DNA from: a virus
Lineage: Duplodnaviria > Caudoviricetes
Virus record (IMG/VR): IMGVR_UViG_3300028591_000131
Location: 39,185 to 103,184 of that record
Length of the DNA stretch: 64,000 nucleotides
Reading direction: 5' to 3' (one strand)
Shown here: positions 27,946 to 37,228 of the stretch, piece after piece
Layout of the letters: the number at the start of each line of letters is the position of its first letter
How positions within the stretch are numbered: position 1 is the first letter of the stretch
Program-made: the position numbers and the translations under genes
Notes under the pieces: model-generated
What the model was told of the DNA's origin: nothing
The model's database searches: none
The model's input: only the letters and a program-made list of their open reading frames with translations

Positions 27946-28984
27946 CAAAGTTGTATTTAAAGTTGGAAAAGAATCTTTTGAATATACTGTTGTAAAAGTT
28001 TTTGATAATCGTTGGTATTTATCGATAGTAACGGCTAGTAATTCAATTATTTTCTACAAACTTAATATTGTTGACAAATTTAAGTTTGTTAAAGATATTT
28101 CAAAATATGCAACGGATGATAAAAGTGTATCTTTTCCAGAAATAGTATATCCAGATGAAACAGAAATAAATAAAGTTATAGACGCTTTATTGGAAAAATG
28201 TGACGAATACAATAAACTCAACGGTACAACAATGTGCTATAATCATGGAGATAAAATTGCATTTAAATTACCAGGTAAAAATTATAATTATCGTGTTGTA
28301 AAAGATGATATATCGACAGTGATTCGTTGGTATTTGACAAACGATGCTTGGATAGGCCATAATGATCAAATTCTTAATGATTTAAATATTAAGGATAAAA
28401 TACAATTTTGTAGAGATGTTTCAGGATGTGATATATCATCCGGAATATTTCCAGCAATATATTGTCCAGATTCTACTGGCATTTCTAAAATAATAAATAA
28501 ACTTATGGAAATGTGTGAAGAACAAATGAAGGAGTCATTAAAAACTGAAGGAAAAATTTCTACAGAAACAACTTCACAAAAACCAATTTTTAAAGTAGGT
28601 GACTATGTCAGAGTTATATTTAGAGAAAACGTTAAAGACTCCAATTGTTACAGATTTGGATTTGTAAAAGAGATGTTACCGTATTGTGGTAATACATACA
28701 TTGTCCATTACGTTTTTGATAGCCATTCAGAAGCAGGGAGTGAACCCGACGATGGTATGCTGTATAATTTAAAGACAGCCAGTGGAAATATATTACCTTA
28801 CAATTTTGCATCAAGTATGTTGATGCCTGCACGTAATATAATACCTCCACAATCACCTTTTCTGGAAGGAATCAAACTAGTTGATCCATTTATAGACGAT
28901 TGTATACAAACAAAAGTTGATTCTGAAACAAAAATGGTGTCGAAGAAATCGACACCAGAATATAAATTAAAATTCACAAATTAA
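27911..28984 (+). CDS. Hypothetical protein with an internal tandem domain duplication
   Basis: Two ~100 aa repeats (DK..FK....Y.VVK...RWYL...LNI.DK..F..D.S...FP.I..PD...I.K.I..L.E.C.E), then an FKVGD.V module. Confidence 0.75.
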   Translation: MIINWNMYKKDDKVVFKVGKESFEYTVVKVFDNRWYLSIVTASNSIIFYKLNIVDKFKFVKDISKYATDDKSVSFPEIVYPDETEINKVIDALLEKCDEYNKLNGTTMCYNHGDKIAFKLPGKNYNYRVVKDDISTVIRWYLTNDAWIGHNDQILNDLNIKDKIQFCRDVSGCDISSGIFPAIYCPDSTGISKIINKLMEMCEEQMKESLKTEGKISTETTSQKPIFKVGDYVRVIFRENVKDSNCYRFGFVKEMLPYCGNTYIVHYVFDSHSEAGSEPDDGMLYNLKTASGNILPYNFASSMLMPARNIIPPQSPFLEGIKLVDPFIDDCIQTKVDSETKMVSKKSTPEYKLKFTN

Positions 28985-28997
28985 AAAAATTAAAATT

Positions 28998-29291
28998 ATG
29001 ATTAGAATTATTGCAATTCTCAGCGAGAAAATTGAAGAACAAAAGATGAAAAACAAAGTCAATCGTGTTAAAAACAGTATCCAGGCTGCAAGATTGAATG
29101 CTGAAACTGACATGATGCAAATCGCAGACAAGCGTATTGCCATCATTGAGTCACTTAAAGAAAAGGAAACTCCTGATGTCTTGGAAGCTCTTGTAGGCTG
29201 TGAGGCTGAACTTGATGCTGTTCAGAAGAATCTTCAGTATCTCGATAATGTCGAAAAGTTCTTATTTGAAGAAATTCAAAATAAGAAGTAG
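28998..29291 (+). CDS. Coiled-coil hypothetical protein
   Basis: 97 aa helical. Confidence 0.7.
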   Translation: MIRIIAILSEKIEEQKMKNKVNRVKNSIQAARLNAETDMMQIADKRIAIIESLKEKETPDVLEALVGCEAELDAVQKNLQYLDNVEKFLFEEIQNKK

Positions 29292-29303
29292 TGAAATTTA
29301 AAT

Positions 29304-29455
29304 AAACTCAACAATAATCCCAAGATGTTGAGGGCACGGGAGTTTTACTCTACAATTGACCGGTCTGGCAAATTGAACATCCGGTTTGCCATAAAGAGGT
29401 GCATGAGATAATGCCGCTCGCACTCAGTAGAGATTTTTCCGTGTAAAACACAAAA
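29304..29455 (+). ncRNA. Unnamed conserved structured RNA motif, copy 2
   Basis: Same conserved blocks as 23934-24144; stem gcacgg/ccgtgt replaces acgcc/ggcgt. Confidence 0.7.
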
Positions 29456-29479
29456 TAGAACAATTAAAATTCAATAAAT

Positions 29480-29644
29480 ATGGAAGAAATTATAAAGAAA
29501 TTAAGAGACTTAGCTGACAGCAGAGATATTGAGGAAGCTCATATCGAAGCTGATGAAATTCTTTGTGACCTTGTGGCCGATTACGTGCCACGTGGTGCCG
29601 AAATCGTAAAACTATTTAACAAAATTGAGAAATGGTATGCGTGA
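29480..29644 (+). CDS. Small phage protein (54 aa)
   Basis: MEEIIKKL...DIEEAHIEADEILC...KWYA; not in the ORF track. Confidence 0.65.
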   Translation: MEEIIKKLRDLADSRDIEEAHIEADEILCDLVADYVPRGAEIVKLFNKIEKWYA

Positions 29645-29831
29645 GTGGTGTCTCATACGTACTGAAAAACAGTTTGTCATTGCTACATCATATGAGATAA
29701 TTGCCAAGGGCACTTATGAACGTATGAAAAAGTTGTATGACAAATTGAACAAATGTAATGAAGGATTGGTTAATCCAAGTTACTATTATGTAATACGCGA
29801 GATTGCGTTTAAACCGGTCAAATTCAAGTGA
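29625..29831 (+). CDS. Hypothetical protein
   Basis: Short ORF overlapping the previous stop. Confidence 0.5.
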   Translation: MRNGMREWCLIRTEKQFVIATSYEIIAKGTYERMKKLYDKLNKCNEGLVNPSYYYVIREIAFKPVKFK

Positions 29832-30060
29832 TAATTTAGTTTGAATATAATTTATCATCTACACGATAGATCGCTTGAAATAGGCCCGTTTAAACGATTT
29901 TTATGAAGAAAGAAATAAAGAAAAGAACCAAAAGAAACAAAGAAAGAAGTCTTCTTTTTTTATTATTATTTTCATTATATCTTTCTTATAATAATATTAA
30001 ATATACTACTTTTATATATTCATATATATATTATATTATTAAATCGAAATTACAAAAATT

Positions 30061-30411
30061 ATGTGTTTAACAGTAAAACGTATCAGACATTTAAACGGGA
30101 AAGCAAAAGTTGCTAAACGTAATATACCGTGTTTGAAAGTATTATATATGTGTAGTAATGGTAAGTTAGTAACACCCTATATGTGGAAATCGATTGAACA
30201 AAATGAAATTGTTCATGGATTGTTTGCAGATAAGTTTGTTGATCAAACAAGGTTTGCACTTATAAAAAATGGAATTTATTCTTATAAACCCACACGTCGT
30301 GTTTTAGCTAATCTTGGTGAAATAGCAATCGCAGCATATATTCCAAAAGGAACCAAATATTGGATTGGTAAAGACGGCGAATACGTATCTGAATGTATTA
30401 AATTTAATTAA
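30061..30411 (+). CDS. Hypothetical protein, paralog of 24852-25427
   Basis: MCL...LKVL...TPYM...IPKGTKYWIG. Confidence 0.7.
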   Translation: MCLTVKRIRHLNGKAKVAKRNIPCLKVLYMCSNGKLVTPYMWKSIEQNEIVHGLFADKFVDQTRFALIKNGIYSYKPTRRVLANLGEIAIAAYIPKGTKYWIGKDGEYVSECIKFN

Positions 30412-30637
30412 AAAAATATGAAAAATACAATTTTAGAAATTTAGTTATGTCAAAAGTATTTTTATTAGTCAGACCAAATGAAAAAGAAAAGAAACTTGAA
30501 GTAAAAAAAACAAGTACTAACTCCACTGAACTTTACAAAGAAATGAATTTCTTTGAGGGTGAACGAGTTATAAAAAGAGATGATTATATCTCTGAGAATG
30601 AAGAATTTAAACAGTTAAACAATTAAATATTAAAATT

Positions 30638-30871
30638 ATGAAAGGCACACCAAAAGCAAGAATTACATTGAACAGATTAAATAAGACTGTGAGGTATAAA
30701 TCCTTAGATGAAAAATTGAATGTAGATTTGATTTTTCAAAAGAAGAACAAGTGTTTTGTTCTTGTTGAAGAAAGAATCAATTGTTCTGGTTACACGAGTG
30801 ATGAACTGGAGCATAAAAAGCAAAGAGTGTTGCAGTACATCACTAAACAATATAATAAAGTATTGTTATAA
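30638..30871 (+). CDS. Hypothetical protein
   Basis: 77 aa, AAAATTATG leader. Confidence 0.55.
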   Translation: MKGTPKARITLNRLNKTVRYKSLDEKLNVDLIFQKKNKCFVLVEERINCSGYTSDELEHKKQRVLQYITKQYNKVLL

Positions 30872-31362
30872 TGGTGGTATCGTATGTTAACAAAAATATA
30901 ATTGACTCTTCAGAAGAGTTAATTATACACCAAGTTAATTGCATGGGAGTTATGGGATCAGGTGTTGCGAAAACAATTCGCGACACCTATCCCAAAGTAT
31001 ATGAAGAATATTCTAGAATGTGTAATGCAGCAAATCGTAAGACATTGTTGGGTACATTTCAAATAGTACGTATTGGCGGAATTAAGAACCGTTATGTATG
31101 TAATTTATTTGGACAATACACATTCGGATATAACGCAAGTAAGCGTTATACTTCATACGATGCATTTGATTTGGCTATAAATAGATTAGTATTATGGTGT
31201 ATAGCTAATGACATTACAAGTGTAGCAATACCCTATGAAATAGGATGTGGTCAAGCTCATGCTAATTGGAGTATAATATACGCCATGATATGCACAGCAT
31301 TTAGTAACACTGATATAAAAATAACTTTTTACAAATTTAAAGAAGAAGATCATGTTTATTAG
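30871..31362 (+). CDS. Macro domain (ADP-ribose binding/hydrolase) protein
   Basis: 'IIHQVNCMGVMGSGVAKTI', 'NLFGQ', 'AIPYEIGCG.A..NW'. Confidence 0.85.
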   Translation: MVVSYVNKNIIDSSEELIIHQVNCMGVMGSGVAKTIRDTYPKVYEEYSRMCNAANRKTLLGTFQIVRIGGIKNRYVCNLFGQYTFGYNASKRYTSYDAFDLAINRLVLWCIANDITSVAIPYEIGCGQAHANWSIIYAMICTAFSNTDIKITFYKFKEEDHVY

Positions 31363-32497
31363 AATAAGAAGCAGAAATAGATCTGCAAGGCAGTTATATC
31401 GTCGAATAACATCGAGAAAACGTGGAGTTTATCGTGCTGGTAGTTATACTCCAACTACGCAAATATTTACCTCACGTGAATTAGCTGCGGGAATCATTGA
31501 AATAAATAAAGAAGAAGCTTGTCGCAAATCTGGCGACAAGATTGTTATGAAAAAGTGTTTTAATGAATGGAATGTTCCAACTGCACCGTGGTGTCAATTA
31601 AAGCAGTATGATACCATAGAAGAAATGACGGAAGATCTTACTGTAGAATATGGAATTGGAAGCCCATATATCGTAAAACACAAAAATTCTTCACGTGGTA
31701 ATGGTATATTTTTCTGGGAACACGATGAAGATCTTTTTGATTTCTGTAATAGAGATGATATAAATATAAATAATTATATCGTTGAACATTGGTTCTCATA
31801 CGTTCGTGAATACAGGTTACATGTGGATAAATTTGGTTGTTTCCTTGCTCATCGTAAAATGTTACGAAATGATGCACAAGTGAGATGGCATAGACATCAT
31901 GAAAATTCAGTATGGATAAACGAAGACAATGAAGATTTTGCCAGACCTGATAATTGGGAAACAATTGTTGAAGCTGCACAGAAGGCAAGAAGATCTGTCG
32001 GTTTAGACATTTGTTCTGTGGATGTAAAAGTTGCAGGAAGAAGAAACAATCCAGATTTCATTATATTGGAAACTAATTCAGGATCTGCTTTAGGTGAAGA
32101 TTCTGCTGAAAAATATGTTGTAGAATTACAAAAAATTGCAGATGATATGAATGCTAACATTTATGAAAGTTTTGAACGTATACAAGATGTTGAATTTGAA
32201 ACTGAAACAGAATCTGAAATAGAGTTATCTGAAGAAGAAACTAATGCCATAAATCTTGTGAAAAATACACAGGAATCTGAATTGAAAACTATAACTCAAA
32301 CGGAAAAAAGTAAACAATCTTGTTGCAAACAATTTATGCAATGTCCATTTGGAAATAAATCCGGATTAAGTTATGGTCAATGCAGCATTAAAAATTCAAT
32401 TTGTGAATTTATAAAATTTGATTCGTCATTTTATAGAAATGATGATGAAGATGATGATGAAAATTATGATGATGATTGGAATGAAGAAGATTTTTAA
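31352..32497 (+). CDS. ATP-grasp ligase (RimK/YheCD-like) with acidic tail
   Basis: 'IVKHKNSSRGNGI', 'EYRLHV', 'VGLDICSVDV...FIILETNS'. Confidence 0.8.
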   Translation: MFIRIRSRNRSARQLYRRITSRKRGVYRAGSYTPTTQIFTSRELAAGIIEINKEEACRKSGDKIVMKKCFNEWNVPTAPWCQLKQYDTIEEMTEDLTVEYGIGSPYIVKHKNSSRGNGIFFWEHDEDLFDFCNRDDININNYIVEHWFSYVREYRLHVDKFGCFLAHRKMLRNDAQVRWHRHHENSVWINEDNEDFARPDNWETIVEAAQKARRSVGLDICSVDVKVAGRRNNPDFIILETNSGSALGEDSAEKYVVELQKIADDMNANIYESFERIQDVEFETETESEIELSEEETNAINLVKNTQESELKTITQTEKSKQSCCKQFMQCPFGNKSGLSYGQCSIKNSICEFIKFDSSFYRNDDEDDDENYDDDWNEEDF

Positions 32498-32514
32498 TAT
32501 TAAATTAAATTAGA

Positions 32515-33324
32515 ATGATAGAATTGCCCACCGAACGAAGAAAAGTTCAAAACTACAACCCCAAGTTAATGATCTTGTTTGGTCAACCTAAATCTGGTAA
32601 AAGCACTTTAATGGCAGCCCTAGATGACAATTTGATTATTGATTTGGAAGATGGTTATCGAGCATTAGAAGTAATGTCTGTTCAAGCACGCAATATTGAA
32701 ACGCTGTTTGATATATGGAATGCTTTGTACAAAAAGGCAGCTGAACTCAAAAAGTTTCCATATAAGTATATTACAATTGATAATGCTACAAGACTTGAAG
32801 AAATGTGTTTGAGTTATGCTGCACAATTGTATCGTAAAACGCCTATGGGTGCAAATTTCGGTTATTTAAGAGATCCAAACAATAATTTTGTTTTGGATGC
32901 AAAAGGTAACCGTATAATTGATCCAAAAGCTGATGTAAGAACACTTCCATCAGGAAGTGGCTATTTATATTTGCGCAATGCAGTTAAAAGTTCCATAGAC
33001 ATGTTTAAACGTGTCTGTGAAACTCTCATATTGGTTGCTCATGTAAAAGACAGACAAATACAGAAAAACGGTAAGGAAATGTCTGAAATGTCAGTTGATT
33101 TGGCTGGTAAATTAGGAGATATTATTTGTGGTGAAGCGGATGCGATAGGTTATATCTATCGTGAAGGAAACAAAACATTTATGTCATTTGAAGGTGGTGA
33201 TTCAACAATTCGTGAAGCACGACCGTTACACTTAAGGGGTAAGTGTTTTAAAGTGGCCGAAAGCGATGAAAACAACAATGTGACAGTAGATTTGTCACAA
33301 ATATTTTTAGAAAATATTAATTAA
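32515..33324 (+). CDS. AAA ATPase (AAA_24/Sak4-like)
   Basis: Walker A GQPKSGKS, 'IIDLEDG', 'ITIDN'. Confidence 0.8.
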   Translation: MIELPTERRKVQNYNPKLMILFGQPKSGKSTLMAALDDNLIIDLEDGYRALEVMSVQARNIETLFDIWNALYKKAAELKKFPYKYITIDNATRLEEMCLSYAAQLYRKTPMGANFGYLRDPNNNFVLDAKGNRIIDPKADVRTLPSGSGYLYLRNAVKSSIDMFKRVCETLILVAHVKDRQIQKNGKEMSEMSVDLAGKLGDIICGEADAIGYIYREGNKTFMSFEGGDSTIREARPLHLRGKCFKVAESDENNNVTVDLSQIFLENIN

Positions 33325-33337
33325 AAACAATTAAATT

Positions 33338-34264
33338 ATGGCAAAAAAAGTAAACAAGTTATTTTTGACACTGAACGTAGGTGAAAAACCCGAAGAAAGT
33401 ATTGCATCTTTTAAAAGATATATTGGCATAGCAGCTGTGACGGTAACTGCGTTGAATCCAACCAAAAAAGAATTGGAAGCTTTGTATGAAAGAGAATATC
33501 AAGAACCCGAATATAATGTTGAAACTCCAAAAGGTAGAGCATACCGATTGGAATTTCATGTAAAGACCGATCCGCAATGGGCTAATTTGAATATTGATAC
33601 CACCGGTAGAATCAGATTTCTTATTTCCGAAAAACCTCGTAAGAGTAAAGATGAAACTAAAGTCCAAGTAATTGATGATTATGGTGAAACCGCTTGGGTG
33701 ACAAAAGCACAATTTGAAAGTGGTGAAAAACCGGAAGGATGCCGCGTTATTGGTAAATATCGTGTGTGTCATGAAGGTGAAGCTGATTTGGTTGCTTTCT
33801 TGAAAGAATGGCTTAACATTCCGTTGTCTACTTCTTGGAATAATGAAATGCATTCCTGGGTTCCTAAAAATCAAGATGAACTTGAAAAGTGCAAGATTAT
33901 TCTTGACTGGAAAGAACTTGTTAATGGAAATCTTAAAGAATTACAAGATCTCATAAAGCAATGCGCTGAATATCGTGTAAAAGTATTGTTTGGAATACGT
34001 ACTACAGAAGATAATCGTCATTACAGTGATATTTGTAACAGAATATTCCTGCGTCATTCAAATGGTAATCTTAGCAGATTTGACAAAGAGTTGAATCGTC
34101 TGAAAGAAAGTGGTATGTATGCCAATACACAATTTTCAACAGACGTTTTACATGAATGGACTGTTAATAAAACCACTTTTACACCAGAGACTGGTCCAAT
34201 GCCAACTACTGAAGAAATTCCTATTCCTTCAGAATTTACAGGACAAGATGATATGCCTTTCTAA
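33338..34264 (+). CDS. Putative single-stranded DNA-binding protein
   Basis: Lies between the AAA ATPase and primase; acidic C-terminus ending DDMPF. Confidence 0.6.
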   Translation: MAKKVNKLFLTLNVGEKPEESIASFKRYIGIAAVTVTALNPTKKELEALYEREYQEPEYNVETPKGRAYRLEFHVKTDPQWANLNIDTTGRIRFLISEKPRKSKDETKVQVIDDYGETAWVTKAQFESGEKPEGCRVIGKYRVCHEGEADLVAFLKEWLNIPLSTSWNNEMHSWVPKNQDELEKCKIILDWKELVNGNLKELQDLIKQCAEYRVKVLFGIRTTEDNRHYSDICNRIFLRHSNGNLSRFDKELNRLKESGMYANTQFSTDVLHEWTVNKTTFTPETGPMPTTEEIPIPSEFTGQDDMPF

Positions 34265-35252
34265 TATTTCCATCGGTAAAGTTCCAATAGAACTTTCTGA
34301 TATACTTAAAATAGTAAGCGAGGAGGATATCCTTGCTTACTATTTTAATATTTATAAATTACCTACACTAATCTCAAGTCCATTAAGAGAAGATAAAAAT
34401 CCATCGTTTTCAATCTATGTAAACAAACATAATCACGTACGATGTTATGATTTTGGTACACAACAACGGTATGGCATATTTGATTTGTTAATGGAATATT
34501 TTCATTTAAATTTTTCACAAGTATTGGAACGTATTTGGTATGATATGTGTCATATTTATATTCATACTCCGAAAAAAGCAATCAAAAAACAAACTTACAA
34601 ACGTTCACCTTTGAAATTAGAGGTGAAAACACGTAGTTTTAAAGATTATGATTTGCAGTTTTGGAATGAATATGGTATATCACAAGAATGGTTAAGATTC
34701 GGAAGAATTTTTGCCATATCTGATATCATATTGAACAAAAATGGATTGAAGAATTGTATTCCAGCAGACAAATACGCATATGTATATGTAGAATTTAAGG
34801 ATAATATACAGTCGTTGAAAATTTATCAACCTTATAATAAAACATATAAATGGATGTCTGATGGTAACAGTTCTGTGTGGAATTTATGGACGCAACTTCC
34901 AGAAAAGGGAGAAAAGCTGATAATAACTTCATCTTTAAAAGATGCTTTATGTTTATGGTCTAATTTAGGTATACCAAGTTGTTGTTTACAATCTGAAATC
35001 GCAATACCAAAAAGGCAAGTTATAAATCAGCTCAAATTGAGATTTGACAACATATATATATTATACGATAATGATTATGATAAACCTGTAAATACAGGTC
35101 AAAACAGAGCAAATATGCTATGTGACAAATATCAGTTGTATAATATATGTATAAATAAAGAATATGAAGTAAAAGATCCTTCTGATTTCTACAAAAAATA
35201 TGGTAGAAAATTATTTGTTAGATATTTTTATAAATTACTAAACAACAAATGA
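34248..35252 (+). CDS. DNA primase
   Basis: Zn-finger-like 'SPLREDKNPSF...DFG', TOPRIM 'ITSSLKDA...YDND...KDPSD'; start trimmed to ATG 34248. Confidence 0.8.
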   Translation: MICLSNISIGKVPIELSDILKIVSEEDILAYYFNIYKLPTLISSPLREDKNPSFSIYVNKHNHVRCYDFGTQQRYGIFDLLMEYFHLNFSQVLERIWYDMCHIYIHTPKKAIKKQTYKRSPLKLEVKTRSFKDYDLQFWNEYGISQEWLRFGRIFAISDIILNKNGLKNCIPADKYAYVYVEFKDNIQSLKIYQPYNKTYKWMSDGNSSVWNLWTQLPEKGEKLIITSSLKDALCLWSNLGIPSCCLQSEIAIPKRQVINQLKLRFDNIYILYDNDYDKPVNTGQNRANMLCDKYQLYNICINKEYEVKDPSDFYKKYGRKLFVRYFYKLLNNK

Positions 35253-36193
35253 AAAAAATTTATAAATCCCAAATCATATATGGCGAAATGTTCAAAGCAT
35301 ATGCAATCGTAAAAAACGAAAAAGTTTTTTATAATACTGGTTATATGGATATATGTTTTGGAAATTTTACACAAAATTTACAGCTTAAATATGATAAAAT
35401 GGAGAAAGCTGTAGTCACTTTGTTTTTTAATCACGACCCTGAAATACTAACCACATTGGGTGGTAAAAAACTCTTAAATTATACTGTATTTGAATCAGAA
35501 AGTCAGTGCAAAAGAGAATTTTCTTATATTTACAAACATGTAAAACCGTATATTGATTTTAAATATACAATTCGTATTAACGAATGTGACAGAACATTTC
35601 GAAACCGATATAGTGACACAATTTATCACTGTAACAGTTGTATAGAATTTGAATTTGAAAATTGTTATATGTACGAAATATTTCTGGTTTTACAAATGTA
35701 TCGTAGATTTTTACAATTAACTAGTAAACGTGAGTACTGGTTAAGTAAAGAATTAACACGTAAAAAATGGCACGGTTTATCATTTGTAAATATTGCTATG
35801 TTTTGTGATTCTTTTCCAAATTTATTACCATTTGATCAAAAGATATTGAGAAATGGATATATTGGTAAATCATATTTGACGAAATTTACAAACAAAACTG
35901 TTTTCAAAAACAATAAACAATATTTGAAAGAATCTAAGTTGTGCAATTTATCTGCAATGTGTGTTATAGATTTGAAACATTATGTAAATTGTAAAAACAA
36001 GATTATAAATACAAATGAAATAAATAGATATCCTAATACTAGCACTTGGCAATGTTTTGACCAACCTTTGTTTACAACCAAAAATATTATAGATAGGAAA
36101 AATGTTAACTATACAATATTGGAAACAGCTTATAATAATGTTATAACTAATTATTTTAAACCCACTAAAAAGTTTCTAAAATGTATGAAATAA
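35249..36193 (+). CDS. Hypothetical protein of the amidoligase cluster (paralog A)
   Basis: 'ICFGNF' and 'EIFLVLQMYRRFL' shared with the next ORF. Confidence 0.65.
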   Translation: MKKIYKSQIIYGEMFKAYAIVKNEKVFYNTGYMDICFGNFTQNLQLKYDKMEKAVVTLFFNHDPEILTTLGGKKLLNYTVFESESQCKREFSYIYKHVKPYIDFKYTIRINECDRTFRNRYSDTIYHCNSCIEFEFENCYMYEIFLVLQMYRRFLQLTSKREYWLSKELTRKKWHGLSFVNIAMFCDSFPNLLPFDQKILRNGYIGKSYLTKFTNKTVFKNNKQYLKESKLCNLSAMCVIDLKHYVNCKNKIINTNEINRYPNTSTWQCFDQPLFTTKNIIDRKNVNYTILETAYNNVITNYFKPTKKFLKCMK

Positions 36194-37212
36194 ATTATCA
36201 AAACAACGAACGTGTTGTAATTTCAATGGGTCAATTTCACAATTGGAATTTATATTTTAAAGAGAATAACAACAATACGTTAGTTAGAGAAATTGTTGAG
36301 AGATTAGGTGCACAGTCGTGTTATGGTGATATTACACATCATTTTCATTCACAATTAAACATACCAATAAGATCAGTGCGTATCGCAACGTTCTTTGATT
36401 GTGAAACGAATCCTGCTACAGATGCAGAAGGTTGGTTCGATCGACTTCGAAGTTATGATTTTGATTCTGTATGGTCAATGTATACATGCAATCAAATTAC
36501 AACGTTGGTTCGTAATATACGAAATATTTTGCGAACTCAATACCATATTGAACATTCGGTTATGCTTTATCCACGTCGTAAATCTTTTTTAAAGAATCAG
36601 AATGAGTATGGACAATTAAATTACGAATTAGACATTGAAAGTTCTGATATTTTACCGCATGAATTGTTTTTCATATTGAATATTTATAGACGTTTGTTTA
36701 CATTATCAAACAAAATAACAAACGATATTGTATTTCAATTAACACGAACTGCTACCGATACGTGGTGTGATTTAGACGCAGTTGCATTATTGGTTTTGTT
36801 TGATTATTTTAATACATATAGTCCAACTGATTCTCTAATTGGATATGTTTATTTAAATAATTTACATAGTTTAAAAAGTTTTTTGAACGCAGATTCATTT
36901 TCTGATTTTTCTCGTTCTGTTAGATCTGAAAATGAACTTATCGGCCCAGGAACATTTCGATACAATGATTTATTTTCAGCAATTATTAATAAAACCAATG
37001 TGAGTGTAATATCTAGATCTGCTAATATAACTGAGTATAACGAAATTGCATTGAATTATGGATTACCATCTCCTTTTATGTTTTATGACGATCAGTATAA
37101 TATAAGTTTGGAAAAACTTTTAAAACCTACGGTATGTACTGACGAAACAGCAAAACAAATAGAAACTTATATTGGTTTTTTAAAGACAGTTATATATAAT
37201 AATAACAAATAG
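36181..37212 (+). CDS. Hypothetical protein of the amidoligase cluster (paralog B)
   Basis: 'SCYGDI' and 'ELFFILNIYRRLF'. Confidence 0.65.
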   Translation: MYEINYQNNERVVISMGQFHNWNLYFKENNNNTLVREIVERLGAQSCYGDITHHFHSQLNIPIRSVRIATFFDCETNPATDAEGWFDRLRSYDFDSVWSMYTCNQITTLVRNIRNILRTQYHIEHSVMLYPRRKSFLKNQNEYGQLNYELDIESSDILPHELFFILNIYRRLFTLSNKITNDIVFQLTRTATDTWCDLDAVALLVLFDYFNTYSPTDSLIGYVYLNNLHSLKSFLNADSFSDFSRSVRSENELIGPGTFRYNDLFSAIINKTNVSVISRSANITEYNEIALNYGLPSPFMFYDDQYNISLEKLLKPTVCTDETAKQIETYIGFLKTVIYNNNK

Positions 37213-37228
37213 TTTAAATTAAATTTAT

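Noticed and set aside
34110-34247. Long N-terminal extension of the primase
   Set aside because: It overlaps the SSB-like gene by more than 150 nt; the downstream ATG at 34248 is more plausible.
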